A model generated the notes under the pieces. That model did no database searches and was not told the DNA's origin. It saw only the letters and a list, made by a program, of their open reading frames with translations. A stretch of 64,000 nucleotides of DNA. Origin: an uncultured Candidatus Rokubacteria bacterium (lineage in GTDB: Bacteria > Methylomirabilota > Methylomirabilia > Rokubacteriales > CSP1-6). Where the stretch lies: NCBI GenBank assembly GCA_963789955.1, contig CAWBMV010000034.1, positions 192,001-256,000 on the forward strand, in the 5' to 3' direction. Shown here piece after piece: positions 25,201-35,814 of the stretch. Every line of letters starts with the position of its first letter. Within the stretch, counting starts at the first letter, position 1. The position numbers were made by a program, and so were the translations under genes.

Positions 25201-28200
25201 CAGCGGGTACGCAGGGCGCAGGGCGGTGTCTGTGAATCGCCACCATCCGTCGGTCAGCCCGAACGTCAGGTCGACCCACCGCAGGGGCTTGGTGCCCTCG
25301 AGCATGACCAGCAGGCCGTCGTCGGCGAGAAGCTCGCGCACGTGGGTCAGCGTCTGACGCAGGTCGCGGGTCGCATGGATCACGTTGGCCGCCAGGACGA
25401 TGTCGAAGCGGCGCCCCTCGAAGCCCTGCGCGCGAGGAGTGTTCTCGATGTTCAGGGTCTCGTACCGGAGGAACGGATATCGCGCGAAGGTGCGGCGGGC
25501 CCGCGCCGTGAACGCCGCCGACACGTCGGTGAACACGTAGTCGGTCCGGTCGCCCGGCAAGACCGGAAGCACCCACGTCGTCGTCGATCCGGTGCCGGCT
25601 CCGATCTCCAGCACGCGCAGCGGACGGTTCCCGGGGAACCGTGCGACCGCCGAGGCGATGATGTCCCGCGTCACGCCGTTGTTGAACTGCGTGAACGGCG
25701 CCTCGCGGTACAGACGCTCGACCGGCTCGAACGAGCCGTCAGGGAACAGCAGCTGAAGGGGATCGGACGCACCGCGCAGCACGGCGGCGAGACTCTCGGC
25801 GCACCGAGCCGTGATCTCGATCTGCGCGACAGACTCGGGGAACGCCGCCATCAGCGACGCGACGGACACCGCGCCATCCGGCTCGAGCGTGCGCTCGACC
25901 ACCCAGTCTCCATCGCGACGCGTCAGGTACTGCGCCTCGGCCAGGATCTCGAGCAGCCGGCCGAAGAGGCGACGGTGCTGCGGCACGACCCCGAGCGTCT
26001 CGGCGAGGGCTGTTGCGGTCACGTGCTGACCCGGACGCGGCTGCCATCCGAGCTGGGCGAACGCGCGAACCACGTAGGAGACCGCCAGCGCTTCCAGGCG
26101 GGCCAGGAAGCGCCGGAAGCCCTCGAGGCCATGGCGTGCGGCCAGGGCCTCGAGACCCGGTCGCACGGCGATACCGACACCGTCGCCGCGTGGCCCTGCG
26201 GTGTCGCCGGCTTCCGCCGCGTCCGCCACCCACATGGTCTCGTAGAACCAGTCCGGTGAGGCTCCGGTCGTTCGCCGAAACGCCTCCGCCGTCACGGCGC
26301 GGAGACGGAGGTCGATCACCTCGGCGACCGGCACGTCGTGCTCGTCCAGGATGCGTACGTCGGCTCGCAGCGTGTGGTCCCGGACCTCTCCGTGCACCCG
26401 GGCGCGAGCGCGGAGACGCGGCGTGAGTCTTCCCAGCAGACGGAAGCTGGCCATGGACAGGGGAAGATGGACGCGAGGCTCTGACGGCTTGCTGCCTGGT
26501 GCGATCGCGGCAACGACCTGCAGGCACGCGTCGAGGAGAGCCGGGTGCACGAGATAGGTCGCGTCGTCGTTGGCCAGGACCTGGGGCCGCTGGACCTCGC
26601 CGAGCGCTTCGCCGTTCCCGACCCACAAGCGGGTGAGGCCACGGAACGACGGCCCGTACTCGAGTCCGGTGTTGGTGTAGCGCGCGTACTGGGGTTCGAC
26701 GGCGACCTCGGTCAACCCATGCGGCGTCGGCGTGCCGTCCGGCGAGACGGCCGTCTCCGGCGCGAGGACGGGATTGCGGACGACGCGGCCCGTCGCGTGA
26801 AGCACCCAGGTGACCGACGCGCCCGTCTGGTCGTTCCTCGACACGAGCCGGAACGGCGCCGACGCCGAGCCGGTCGGCTCGACGAGAAGCTGCACGATCC
26901 GCGCGCCCTCGCCGGGAACACGCAGCGCGTCGACGATCGCGAGATCCTCGATCTGGACCGCGGCCGTGCCGAACACATGCTGGGCCGCGGCGAGCGCCAT
27001 CTCGACATACGCGGTCGCCGGCAGCACGACCTCGCCGAAGACTCGGTGGTCCGACAGGAAGGGCGCGCTGTCGACGGAGAGGCGCTGTTCGAACACGACT
27101 TCCGTGAGGGCCGGCGAGTGCAGGCGAGCCCCGAGTAACGGATGCGTGCCCTCTGTCGCGCCTGCCTTCGCCGCGACGATCTCTCGCGGGGTCGAGGCGG
27201 TCGGCGTCACCCAGTACCGCTTCCGCTGGAACGAGTAACCCGGAAGCTCCACGCGCCGACGGCGGCCGCCCGCCACACGCTCCCAGTCCAGCTCGGCTCC
27301 GTGGGCGTACAGCGCCGCGGCACTCTCCAGCATCTGCCGCCACTCGTCGCGACCGGGTCTCAGCGACGCGACCCAGAGCCCGTCGCCCGCGCGCGACCCG
27401 AGTGCGGTCAACGTCACGCCTGGCCCGACTTCTACGCAGGCCGAGCAGCCCTGGGCAAGGAGCGATTGCACCGCCGCCTGGTACTGGACCGTCGCGCGGG
27501 CCTGGCGGCGCCAGTACGTCGCGTCGACCGCCGACGTCACGGCGGTGCCGGTGAGCGTCGAGATCCAACCCAGACGCGGCGGCCGATTCTTCACCGTCGC
27601 GGCGACTTGCTCGAGCTCATCGAGGACGGGATCCATCAGCGGCGAGTGGAACCCGTAGCCGGTTTTCAGGCGTCGAGCCCGTCTCCCCGCTGCCTCCAGC
27701 TCGCCGATCACGGCGGCCACCGCGTCATCCGTTCCGGCGATGACCACCTGCTCATGTCCGTTGACCGCGGCGATGGAGACCGCATCGGCTCGCGCTGCCA
27801 CGGCGTTCGCCACCTCCTCGAGCGGAGCGAAGACGGCGGCCATCTCGCCGCCGGCGGCGCGCTCCTCCATGAGCCGCCCACGCGCTGCGATCAGCCGCAT
27901 CGCGTCGCCGACCTCCAGGGCGCCCGCGACACACGCGGCGGCGTACTCGCCGACGCTGTGCCCCAGCACCCACGCCGGCTCGATCCCCCATCCGCGCCAG
28001 ACCGATGCCACGGCGTATTCGACGGCGAACAGCGCCGGCTGGGCCTCTGCCGTACCCGCGAGCGCCTGACTCTGTCCGCGCAATACCGCGGCCACGCCCG
28101 GCGCGAGTGTCGATCCCAGCGCTGCCGCGCACTCTTCGAGTGCCGCCCGAAACGCCGGCTCGTGCGCGATGAGGTCGGCGCCCATCCCGGCGTACTGAGC

Positions 28201-29847
28201 GCCCTGTCCGGGGAACAGAAACGCCACCGGCAAACGGCCCTTCGCCACACCCTCGAAGGTGCCCGGCACGGCTTGCCCATCGCCGTACGCGCCGAGTGCC
28301 GTGGCCGCCTCGTCCCGCGTTCGCACGACCCACGCGACCCGCCGCGCCATTCCGCTGCGCGCGGTCGTGGCCGTGAAGCACACGTCACCGAGATCGTCCG
28401 CTGTGGATGTCGTTAGGTGCGTCGACCACCGAGCGGCCAGCTCGCGCAGCGCCGTGTCGTCCTTGGCGCTCACCGCTAATAGGTGACCAGGTCTCTTGGC
28501 CGCCGCTCGATGTTCGACGGCGGGTGCCTCCTCGAGGACGACGTGCGCGTTCGTGCCGCCCATGCCGAACGAGCTCACGCCGGCGCGACGGGGCGTGAGC
28601 CCGCGCGGCCACTGGGTGAGCCGGGTGTTGACGAAGAACGGGCTGGTGGCGAAGTCGATCTGCGGATTGGGGGACTGGAAGTTCAGGCTGGGCGGGAGCA
28701 TCCCGTGCTCGAGCATGAGCACGGTCTTGATGAGCCCGGCCACCCCGGACGCGACGTCGAGGTGCCCGAAGTTCGACTTGGCCGTCCCGAGCGCGCAGAA
28801 GCCGGTGCGTTGCGTGTGCGCGCGAAACACCTGGGTGAGCGCGGCGATCTCGATCGGATCGCCCTGCCGCGTTCCGGTGCCGTGGGCCTCGACGTAGCCG
28901 ATCGTCTCCGGGCGGACGCCGGCGTTGGCGAGCGCCTCGGCGATTACGGCCGCCTGACCCTTCACGCTGGGCGCCGTGTAGCCGACCTTCAGCGCGCCGT
29001 CGTTGTTGATGGCCGAGCCCTTCAAGACAGCCCGGATCCGATCGCCGTCGGCGAGCGCGTTCGCCAGAGGCTTGAGCACGACGACCCCGACCCCGCGTCC
29101 GAACACCGTGCCGTTCGCCGCCGCGTCGAACGGCCGGCAATGGCCGTCTGGCGAGAGCATCATGCCCTCGTCGTACAGATAGCCCACGCGTTGGGGCAGG
29201 TAGATCGAAACGCCGCCGGCGAGCGCCACGTCGCACTCACCGCTGAGCAGCGCCTGGCGAGCGAGGTGGACGGCGACCAGCGAGCTCGAGCACGCCGATT
29301 GCACCGTGAGACTCGGGCCGCGAAGGTTCAGCTTGTACGACACGCGGGTGGAGAGGAAGTCGCTGTTGTTCGCGACGATCAAGGGAAGGTTGCCGCCCGC
29401 GAGGACGAAGCTTTCCAGGTTCATATCGGAGCGGAGGTGGCGCATGAAGTACGTGCCCAACGACTCCGTCGCGTAGACGCCGACCGATCCCGGGCATGCG
29501 TACGGCGGATAGCCCGCGCCCTCGAGCGCCGCCCAGGCGCACTCCATGAATACGCGTGCCTGCGGGTCGATCGTCTCGGCTTCCTTGGGGCTGTAGCCGA
29601 ACAGGCCGGCGTCGAACATCTCGACGCCGTCGAGCATCGAACAGGCCTTGACATACCGCGGATCCCGGATCAGCTGAGGATCGACGCCCTCGGCGAGCAG
29701 CACGGCATCCGAGAGGATCGTGATCGATTCGACGCCGTCCCGGAGGTTGTCCCAGTACGTGCGTAGATCGGGCGCGCCCGGGAAGCGGCCGGCCATCCCG
29801 ATGACGGCGACGTCGAGCTCGTCCTCGCGCCGCTCGTCACTCGACAT
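22236..29847 (-). CDS. Type I PKS module 1 with NRPS/PKS hybrid-type KS: KS-AT-DH-cMT-ER-KR-ACP; frameshifts only near the 3' end
   Basis: Start MSSDERREDELDVAVIG at 29847 with GAGGAG RBS, inside the 2377-aa ORF. KS VQSACSSSL and NNDG..KVGYTAPS (typical of KSs downstream of NRPS modules); AT GHSVG/GYGFHS; DH DHRVFGEVVLP; c[37 protein letters not shown]. The 3' end is approximate. Confidence 0.93.
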
Positions 29848-32800
29848 CGTGAGCCTGCTCCTCGCGGTCGCGGCCGGACGCGGGCCGGGCGCGACGCGTC
29901 GCCCGCGAGCGGCGAGCCGCTCCGCGGCGATCGGCCTCGTCCGTCTCGGCCGGCCGAGGCTCGGCGCCGGCGCCGAGGCGGGCCGCCAAGGTCGCAACCG
30001 TCGGATGCTCGTAGAGGTCGGTGAGCGCCACGTCCCGGTTGAGCGTCTCGCTCAGTCGGCGACCCAGCTGTGCGATACGCAGCGAATCGCCGCCGAGGTC
30101 GAAGAAGTTGTCGTCGACGCCGATCGTGGCCAGCTCCAGCACCTCGCGCCAGATCGAAGCCACGACACGCTCCAGCTCCGTCCGCGGTGCGATCGAAGCC
30201 TCCGGCTTGCCCACCTTGCGCAGCGCATCGCGATCGAGCTCGCCGGCGGGCGTTCGCGGGACGTGACCGATCTTGACGCCGGGACACGTGGTCGCGGTGC
30301 CGAAGTCGTCCGGCAGCGTGTCCGGTGACGGAAGCTCCATGGGCTGGACCGTCGGCCCCCCGAGGTATGCGCGGAGTGTGCAGGCCCCGGCCCGGCCGCC
30401 CTGCAGATACGAGCGGATGTGCCGGCTGCCCTCGTCGAGGCCCACGAGCACGTGTCCCGGCGGCTGCGCCAGGCTGACCTCGAGGGCACGCAGCGCGTCT
30501 TGCGCCGTGAGAGCCCGGTAGCCCCGAGCCCGGGCCAGATCCTTCTTCTTGTAGCCGCGACTCATTCCGCGCTCGTCCCAGAGACTCCAGGCAACGCTGT
30601 AGCTGTTCATCGAGCCCGCCGCGCGCTGGTATTGCGCGAAGCTGTCGAGAAAGGCGTTGGCCGCCGCGTACGCCCCGACGCCAAAGCCGCCGAACTGCCC
30701 GTTCACCGAGGACGACCCGATGAAGATGGCGCGGGGTCGCTCGGCGAGTAGCTCGTGGACCGCCCAGGTGCCGCCGACCTTCGCGCGCCCCAGCTCCTTC
30801 AGACTCTCGCGGGTCTCGTCGACCAGCGGACGCTCGGCGTACGCGCCCGCCTGGTGGATGACTCCGTCCAGCTCGCGGCCCCATTCGCGGCACGTGCGCT
30901 CGACTGCCGCTTTCAGCGCGGACGCATCGCACACGTCGACTGCCTCGTATCGAAGCCGGGTACCCAGTGCCTCGAGGCTCCGGTACGTCGCGATCCGATC
31001 CGCCACCGAGTCGTCGAGAGTCTGCGGCGACAGGGTGTGTGGTTGCGGCAGCGCCGTCCGACCCACGAGAAGGACGCTGGCCTCGTACTCCTCGATCAGG
31101 TGCCGGGCGATCACGGCACTCACGCCGCCGAGGCCGCCCGTCAAGACGTACAGGCCGCGGTGCTTGAACGGTCGCGCTCCCGGGGGCGCGACCGCGACGC
31201 GCTCGAGACGGCCAACGTGGCGGTCACCGCCGCGATAGGCCACTTCGGGATCAGACGATCCTGCTCCCATCTCGAACAGGACTCGGGCCGCATCCTCGAT
31301 CGACGCCGGTATCGGCAGATCGAGGTGTCGCACGGTGAGCGAAGGAATCTCCTGACGCGCGGTTCTGAGCAGCCCCAGCAGTGCGCCCGATTCGGGCGCG
31401 ACGACCTCGTCGGCGGCCACGGCCTGCGAGTGGCTCGACACGACCAGCAGCCGCGCCGCCATCCGACGCCGCGCGAGCGCTTGCACCATGAAGAGCGCGC
31501 TCGTGGTCGCCCGGTCCACCGCCTCCTCGAGATCCCGTACACTCGTGAAGCGCCGAGCGGATGCCGGGTACGTCCAGAGATGCACGACGTCGTACGCCTC
31601 GGTGTCGGATGCCGGCAGCTCCTCTAGAAGGCGGTCGTAGTCTCGAGGATTCTCGGCATCGATCCGATAGCCGTCCGTGTCGCGCGCGAAGCGCGCGCCC
31701 CGGACCACCCGTATGGGGGCCTTGTCGATGGACGCGAGCTCGGCGCAGAGGCGATCGCCGAGTCCGGCCTCGTCGACGAGAACGAGCGGTCGCGGGCCGA
31801 TCGATTGGTCCCGGCGCGTCGCGGCCCGTCTGCGCCACACGAGCCGATGCACGGAGGACGCGGAGTCGGTCGCGGCGTCGGCGGGAGAGCCGGCGCGCAG
31901 CTCGCCGCGCTCGAAGCGCTGGCGCAGCTCGGCACGCTGGATCTTTCCGATCGATGTCTTGGGGATGTCGGCTCGGCTCACGGGAACGAGATGCTGCGGG
32001 TTCACCCCGACCGTTTTCATCACGGCCGCGCGGATCCGCCGGGCAAGATCGGGGACGCCGCTCTCGGGAGTCGTGACGGCGAAGAAAATCGCCAGCTGAT
32101 CGGTGGCGCCGCCCGCCGCGCGGACCGCGCAGGCGGCCACGTACGAGACGTCGATGCCCTCGACCGTCTCGGCGACGGCCTCGATCTCGTGACTGTAGTA
32201 GTTTGCGCCATTGATGATGATCACGTCCTTCTCGCGGCCCGTGATCGTCAATCGGCCGTCGTCGATTCGGCCGAGATCGCCCGTTGTGAACCAGCGGTCC
32301 GCGGTGAAGACGTCGCGCGTGAGCTCGGCGTTCCGGTGGTAGCCGCCGGTCACCTGGGGTCCGGTCACTTGCAAGCGGCCGACGACACCCTCGTCGACCG
32401 TGCGGTCCTGGGCGTCGACGATGCGCATGGCGAACCCGGGAATCGGGGAGCCGACGCAGACGAACGCGTCGTCGTCCGAGGACGCCCCGCGGGTGAACCG
32501 GTCGGAATAGACCGCCCCCGACGACGTCTCGGACATGCCCCAGGCCGGCCGTATCGCGGTGGCCGGCAATCCATGCGGCGCGAGCAGCTCGAGAAATCGG
32601 CGAGCCGTGCGCGCCACGATCGCCTCACCACCGTTGATGATGAAGCGCATAGAGGACAGATCCCATCGACGGCGGAGAATCTCCTCGGCCCGGTCGTTCA
32701 CGAGGCTGAAGGCGAAATTCGGCGCCCAGGTGGCCGTCGCCCGGTACGCGGCGATCCAGTCGAGCCATCGCAGCGGCTCTTTGAGCACGAGCTCCGTCGG

Positions 32801-34039
32801 GCCATTGATCTGCTGACTGCCGGGGTACGTCTGGCAGAAATGCAGCATGACGATCGCGCCGACGTGATCGAGCGGAAGCCAGTTCAGTGACACGTCGTCG
32901 CTCGTGAAGCCGTTCATCTGACTACTGCCGGCGCAATGACCGAGCAGATTGCGGTGGCTCAGCATCACGGCCTTGGGGTTGCCGGTGCTGCCGGACGTGA
33001 GGAGCATGAGCGTGACGTCGTCGGGCTTTCCGACGTGAGCCCGGTGATCCGGAGCGTGCACGAGAAGCCGGTCCACCGCCTCCACGCGGAGCGGTTCCGT
33101 ATCGAAGATCGCGGCGACGGCGCCGATGGCCGCGACGAGGGCCGACTCCGTCAGGATCAGTGGGTGATCGAGCAGATGCCAGGCATGGTGCAGCTTCATG
33201 AGCGAGCCGTTCCGCTCGCGGTAGCTCGGAGCCACCGCAATCGGCACCGCCACGAAGCCGCCGAGCACGCATGCCCACAGCCCGACGAAGAACTCGGGTC
33301 CACGGTCGAGCTGCAAGATGACCGGGTCGCCGGGCACGAGTCCCTTGGCACGCAGGCCCGCCAGCACGCGTTCGGCGCGCTCGAGCAATTGCGGGTAGGG
33401 GAGGGCGACCGTGGACTCGTCCGGCTGGAGACAGACGAGCCCGTGTGACGGGTGGAGTCTCGCGGCGCGATGAAGCATGTCGCCGAGCACGATCGGCGCA
33501 TCAGGCTCTTCTCGCAGCGACTCGCCGCGACTGATCGCCGGTCGTGCCGTCGCCTGGTGGATGCCCGCGGCCGATGCCGGCTCGGCGATTGATTCGGTCG
33601 AGTGCGCACTCACCCCGAGCTCAGCACGCGGCGGCGGTTCGATGGCGTCCTCGATCGCGACGGCGACATCGTCGACCTCCGGGCACTGTCGCCAGCGATC
33701 CTCCCAGCGCCGCGCAACTGCCGGTTCGAGCACCGGTACCGCCTCGAGGGCGCGCTCGTCGATGTTCCCCGCGTCGGTGAGGGGGAGATAGGAAACGGGA
33801 ACGCATCGCAGCGACCTCCCGGCCGGGAGCATCTGCTGTAGCTCCGTCTGGAGGCGCTCGGGAATGACCGCCGTCGTCGTGACGACATACGCGACGAGCT
33901 CACGGGCGCCGTCGGTGCGCGACCGCCACACGACCGCGCAGTCACCGACGGAAGGGTGAGCCTGAATCGCCGCCGCCAACTGGCCGAGGTCGGGACTCGG
34001 CGGTTGCGTGAGAGCCGACGCTCGCGCGGGACGATTCAC
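29837..34039 (-). CDS. NRPS loading protein: alpha-keto-acid-activating adenylation domain-ketoreductase-carrier protein (A-KR-T)
   Basis: GTG at 34039 overlaps the PPTase TGA. A motifs LTSGSTGNPKAV, NWLPLDHVGAIV, AWGMSET, FTTGDLG and PKTSIGKIQR; KR TGGLGGV and YAAANAFLD; T domain FFDLGGDSL. No frameshift. Confidence 0.92.
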   Translation of the reverse strand: MNRPARASALTQPPSPDLGQLAAAIQAHPSVGDCAVVWRSRTDGARELVAYVVTTTAVIPERLQTELQQMLPAGRSLRCVPVSYLPLTDAGNIDERALEAVPVLEPAVARRWEDRWRQCPEVDDVAVAIEDAIEPPPRAELGVSAHSTESIAEPASAAGIHQATARPAISRGESLREEPDAPIVLGDMLHRAARLHPSHGLVCLQPDESTVALPYPQLLERAERVLAGLRAKGLVPGDPVILQLDRGPEFFVGLWACVLGGFVAVPIAVAPSYRERNGSLMKLHHAWHLLDHPLILTESALVAAIGAVAAIFDTEPLRVEAVDRLLVHAPDHRAHVGKPDDVTLMLLTSGSTGNPKAVMLSHRNLLGHCAGSSQMNGFTSDDVSLNWLPLDHVGAIVMLHFCQTYPGSQQINGPTELVLKEPLRWLDWIAAYRATATWAPNFAFSLVNDRAEEILRRRWDLSSMRFIINGGEAIVARTARRFLELLAPHGLPATAIRPAWGMSETSSGAVYSDRFTRGASSDDDAFVCVGSPIPGFAMRIVDAQDRTVDEGVVGRLQVTGPQVTGGYHRNAELTRDVFTADRWFTTGDLGRIDDGRLTITGREKDVIIINGANYYSHEIEAVAETVEGIDVSYVAACAVRAAGGATDQLAIFFAVTTPESGVPDLARRIRAAVMKTVGVNPQHLVPVSRADIPKTSIGKIQRAELRQRFERGELRAGSPADAATDSASSVHRLVWRRRAATRRDQSIGPRPLVLVDEAGLGDRLCAELASIDKAPIRVVRGARFARDTDGYRIDAENPRDYDRLLEELPASDTEAYDVVHLWTYPASARRFTSVRDLEEAVDRATTSALFMVQALARRRMAARLLVVSSHSQAVAADEVVAPESGALLGLLRTARQEIPSLTVRHLDLPIPASIEDAARVLFEMGAGSSDPEVAYRGGDRHVGRLERVAVAPPGARPFKHRGLYVLTGGLGGVSAVIARHLIEEYEASVLLVGRTALPQPHTLSPQTLDDSVADRIATYRSLEALGTRLRYEAVDVCDASALKAAVERTCREWGRELDGVIHQAGAYAERPLVDETRESLKELGRAKVGGTWAVHELLAERPRAIFIGSSSVNGQFGGFGVGAYAAANAFLDSFAQYQRAAGSMNSYSVAWSLWDERGMSRGYKKKDLARARGYRALTAQDALRALEVSLAQPPGHVLVGLDEGSRHIRSYLQGGRAGACTLRAYLGGPTVQPMELPSPDTLPDDFGTATTCPGVKIGHVPRTPAGELDRDALRKVGKPEASIAPRTELERVVASIWREVLELATIGVDDNFFDLGGDSLRIAQLGRRLSETLNRDVALTDLYEHPTVATLAARLGAGAEPRPAETDEADRRGAARRSRATRRARPASGRDREEQAHDVE

Positions 34040-34785
34040 GCCGTCCACGTCCGGCACGTCGGTGTTTGGATTTCGCCCTCGGCGACGAGCGCCGCCGCGT
34101 AGCCCATACATGTAGTGAGCGCATGGAGCGACCAGCCACAGGTGGCTCCGGGGCTGTCCCCGACCGCGACCAGCCGAGCTGGTGTCGCCGGGTCGAGCGA
34201 AACCACGAATGTATGGAGCGGGTGGCTCAGGCCGTCTCCCACGGCCTTGACGAAAGCCTCCTTCCGGGTCCAGCCGTTGAAGAACGCGCGGACGCGCTGA
34301 TCGGCGGCCAGTGACGCCAGCTCGGCGCGTTCCGCTGCCGCGAACACCTGCGCAGCGAGGCCCTGCAGATCGTCCACCTGGCGCATCAGCTCGACGTCCA
34401 CCCCCACGCGCCGATCCCAGGAGACGGCGTAGAGTGCGACGTCGCCTGAGTGCGACACGTTGAAAGCGAGCGGCTCACGAGGCCAGGCCAGCAGAGGCTT
34501 GCCCTGCGGTCCGTAGCTGAAGGCGATCCGTTCGGGCGTCACCGCGAGGTAGGCGCCCAGGATCTGGCGCAAGGTCGCCCGGCCGACGACGTACCGGACG
34601 GCATCGCGCTCGAAGACGAAGCGCGCGGCGCGTAGCCGCTCGTCCGTCGACAGGAGACCCGCGAGCTCTTCGTGTTTGTCGTCGTGAGCGAGGCGGCGGT
34701 GCCAGACATGGACCTCCGAGCGGCCCAGCGGCAATGCGTGGCGGGCTCGCCCGCTCGATGGCCCGGGAGAGACGCCCGCGGTCAT
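34036..34785 (-). CDS. Sfp-type 4'-phosphopantetheinyl transferase
   Basis: Motifs GPQGKP, FNVSHSG, VGVDVE and WTRKEAFVKAVG. Confidence 0.95.
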   Translation of the reverse strand: MTAGVSPGPSSGRARHALPLGRSEVHVWHRRLAHDDKHEELAGLLSTDERLRAARFVFERDAVRYVVGRATLRQILGAYLAVTPERIAFSYGPQGKPLLAWPREPLAFNVSHSGDVALYAVSWDRRVGVDVELMRQVDDLQGLAAQVFAAAERAELASLAADQRVRAFFNGWTRKEAFVKAVGDGLSHPLHTFVVSLDPATPARLVAVGDSPGATCGWSLHALTTCMGYAAALVAEGEIQTPTCRTWTA

Positions 34786-35561
34786 CTCGGGCGGATCGTG
34801 CTGACAACCGGTTCTACGACATCCGCCAGGTCACGACGAATCGCGAGCAGCAACTCAGTGCGCCGATTCCGGAGGTAGAAGTGAGTGCCCGGGAACCGTT
34901 CCATCCTGAATGGGCCCGAGGTCTGTGTTCGCCATGCCGCTAACTCGGTTTCGGTCGCCTCGGCGTCGTCGAGACCGCCGTAGACCGAGACGGGGCAGTC
35001 GAGGGGGGCTTCGTCGGTATGCCGATGTCCCTCGATGAGCGCCATGTCCGCCCGCAAACAAGGGAGGAGAAGGGCCATCAGCTCGGCGTGCGCGAGAACC
35101 TCGTCGGGAACGCCGCCGTAGCGCTGGCGAACCTCGGTGACGAACTCGGCGTCCGGAAGGTGTGCGATCGGAGGGTGAGGGCTCGGTAGTTGAGGCGCGC
35201 GGTGCCCCGAGGCGAGGAGCCGCACCGGCTGGGGGCCGCCCGCACGGCGGATGCGGCGAGCGAACTCGAACGCGAGCAAGGCGCCCATGCTGTGTCCGAA
35301 CAGAGCGAAGGGGACGTCGAGGTCGGGTGCTAGCGCTTCGTACGCGGCGTCCATGAGCTGCGTGAGGTCGCTGTACGCTTGCTCCCTCAAGCGACCCTCG
35401 CGCCCGGGCGGCTGGATGGCGCAGACCTCCGCGACGGGCGTCATCTCGCGTGCCCAGGGCACGTACAGAGACCCGCCACCGCCCGCGTACGGGAAACAGA
35501 ACAGGCGAAGCCCGACGCCACGGCCGGCAACCGGCCGAAGCAGCCACGAACTATGCGGCAC
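34782..35561 (-). CDS. Type II (editing) thioesterase
   Basis: Motifs LFCFPYAGG, QPPGREGR, GHSMG and FPGTHFY. GGGAGG RBS precedes the GTG start. Confidence 0.95.
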   Translation of the reverse strand: MPHSSWLLRPVAGRGVGLRLFCFPYAGGGGSLYVPWAREMTPVAEVCAIQPPGREGRLREQAYSDLTQLMDAAYEALAPDLDVPFALFGHSMGALLAFEFARRIRRAGGPQPVRLLASGHRAPQLPSPHPPIAHLPDAEFVTEVRQRYGGVPDEVLAHAELMALLLPCLRADMALIEGHRHTDEAPLDCPVSVYGGLDDAEATETELAAWRTQTSGPFRMERFPGTHFYLRNRRTELLLAIRRDLADVVEPVVSTIRPR

Positions 35562-35760
35562 TACTTGTTGTCCTCCCGGAGTGGAGCTGGTATCCGTCCT
35601 CAGACCGGGCTGGACGAGTGAAACCCCTTACGTACGGCTAAGGGAAATTTGCCGGACTAAGGCGATATTTATTAAGAATCTCCTAAGGAACCGAATAACT
35701 TCAACCGAAAAGTCACAATGTGAAAATATTGCGTTCCGGAAGTCGGCTGACGATCCCTTC
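35562..35760. promoter_or_regulatory. AT-rich upstream region of the NRPS/PKS operon with repeated CTAAGG motifs
   Basis: Sharp drop in GC. CTAAGG at 35638, 35657 and 35683; inverted repeat CCCTTA-N8-TAAGGG at 35625-35644. Confidence 0.5.
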
Positions 35761-35814
35761 TAGCTCAGAGCCTGGCGGCGTCATCGCGTCCCAGGGCCGG
35801 GCCGCCGACCGGGG

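Noticed and set aside
35600..35630. Hammerhead-like CTGGACGAG...GAAAC
   Set aside because: Does not match the CUGANGA core and lacks supporting stems.
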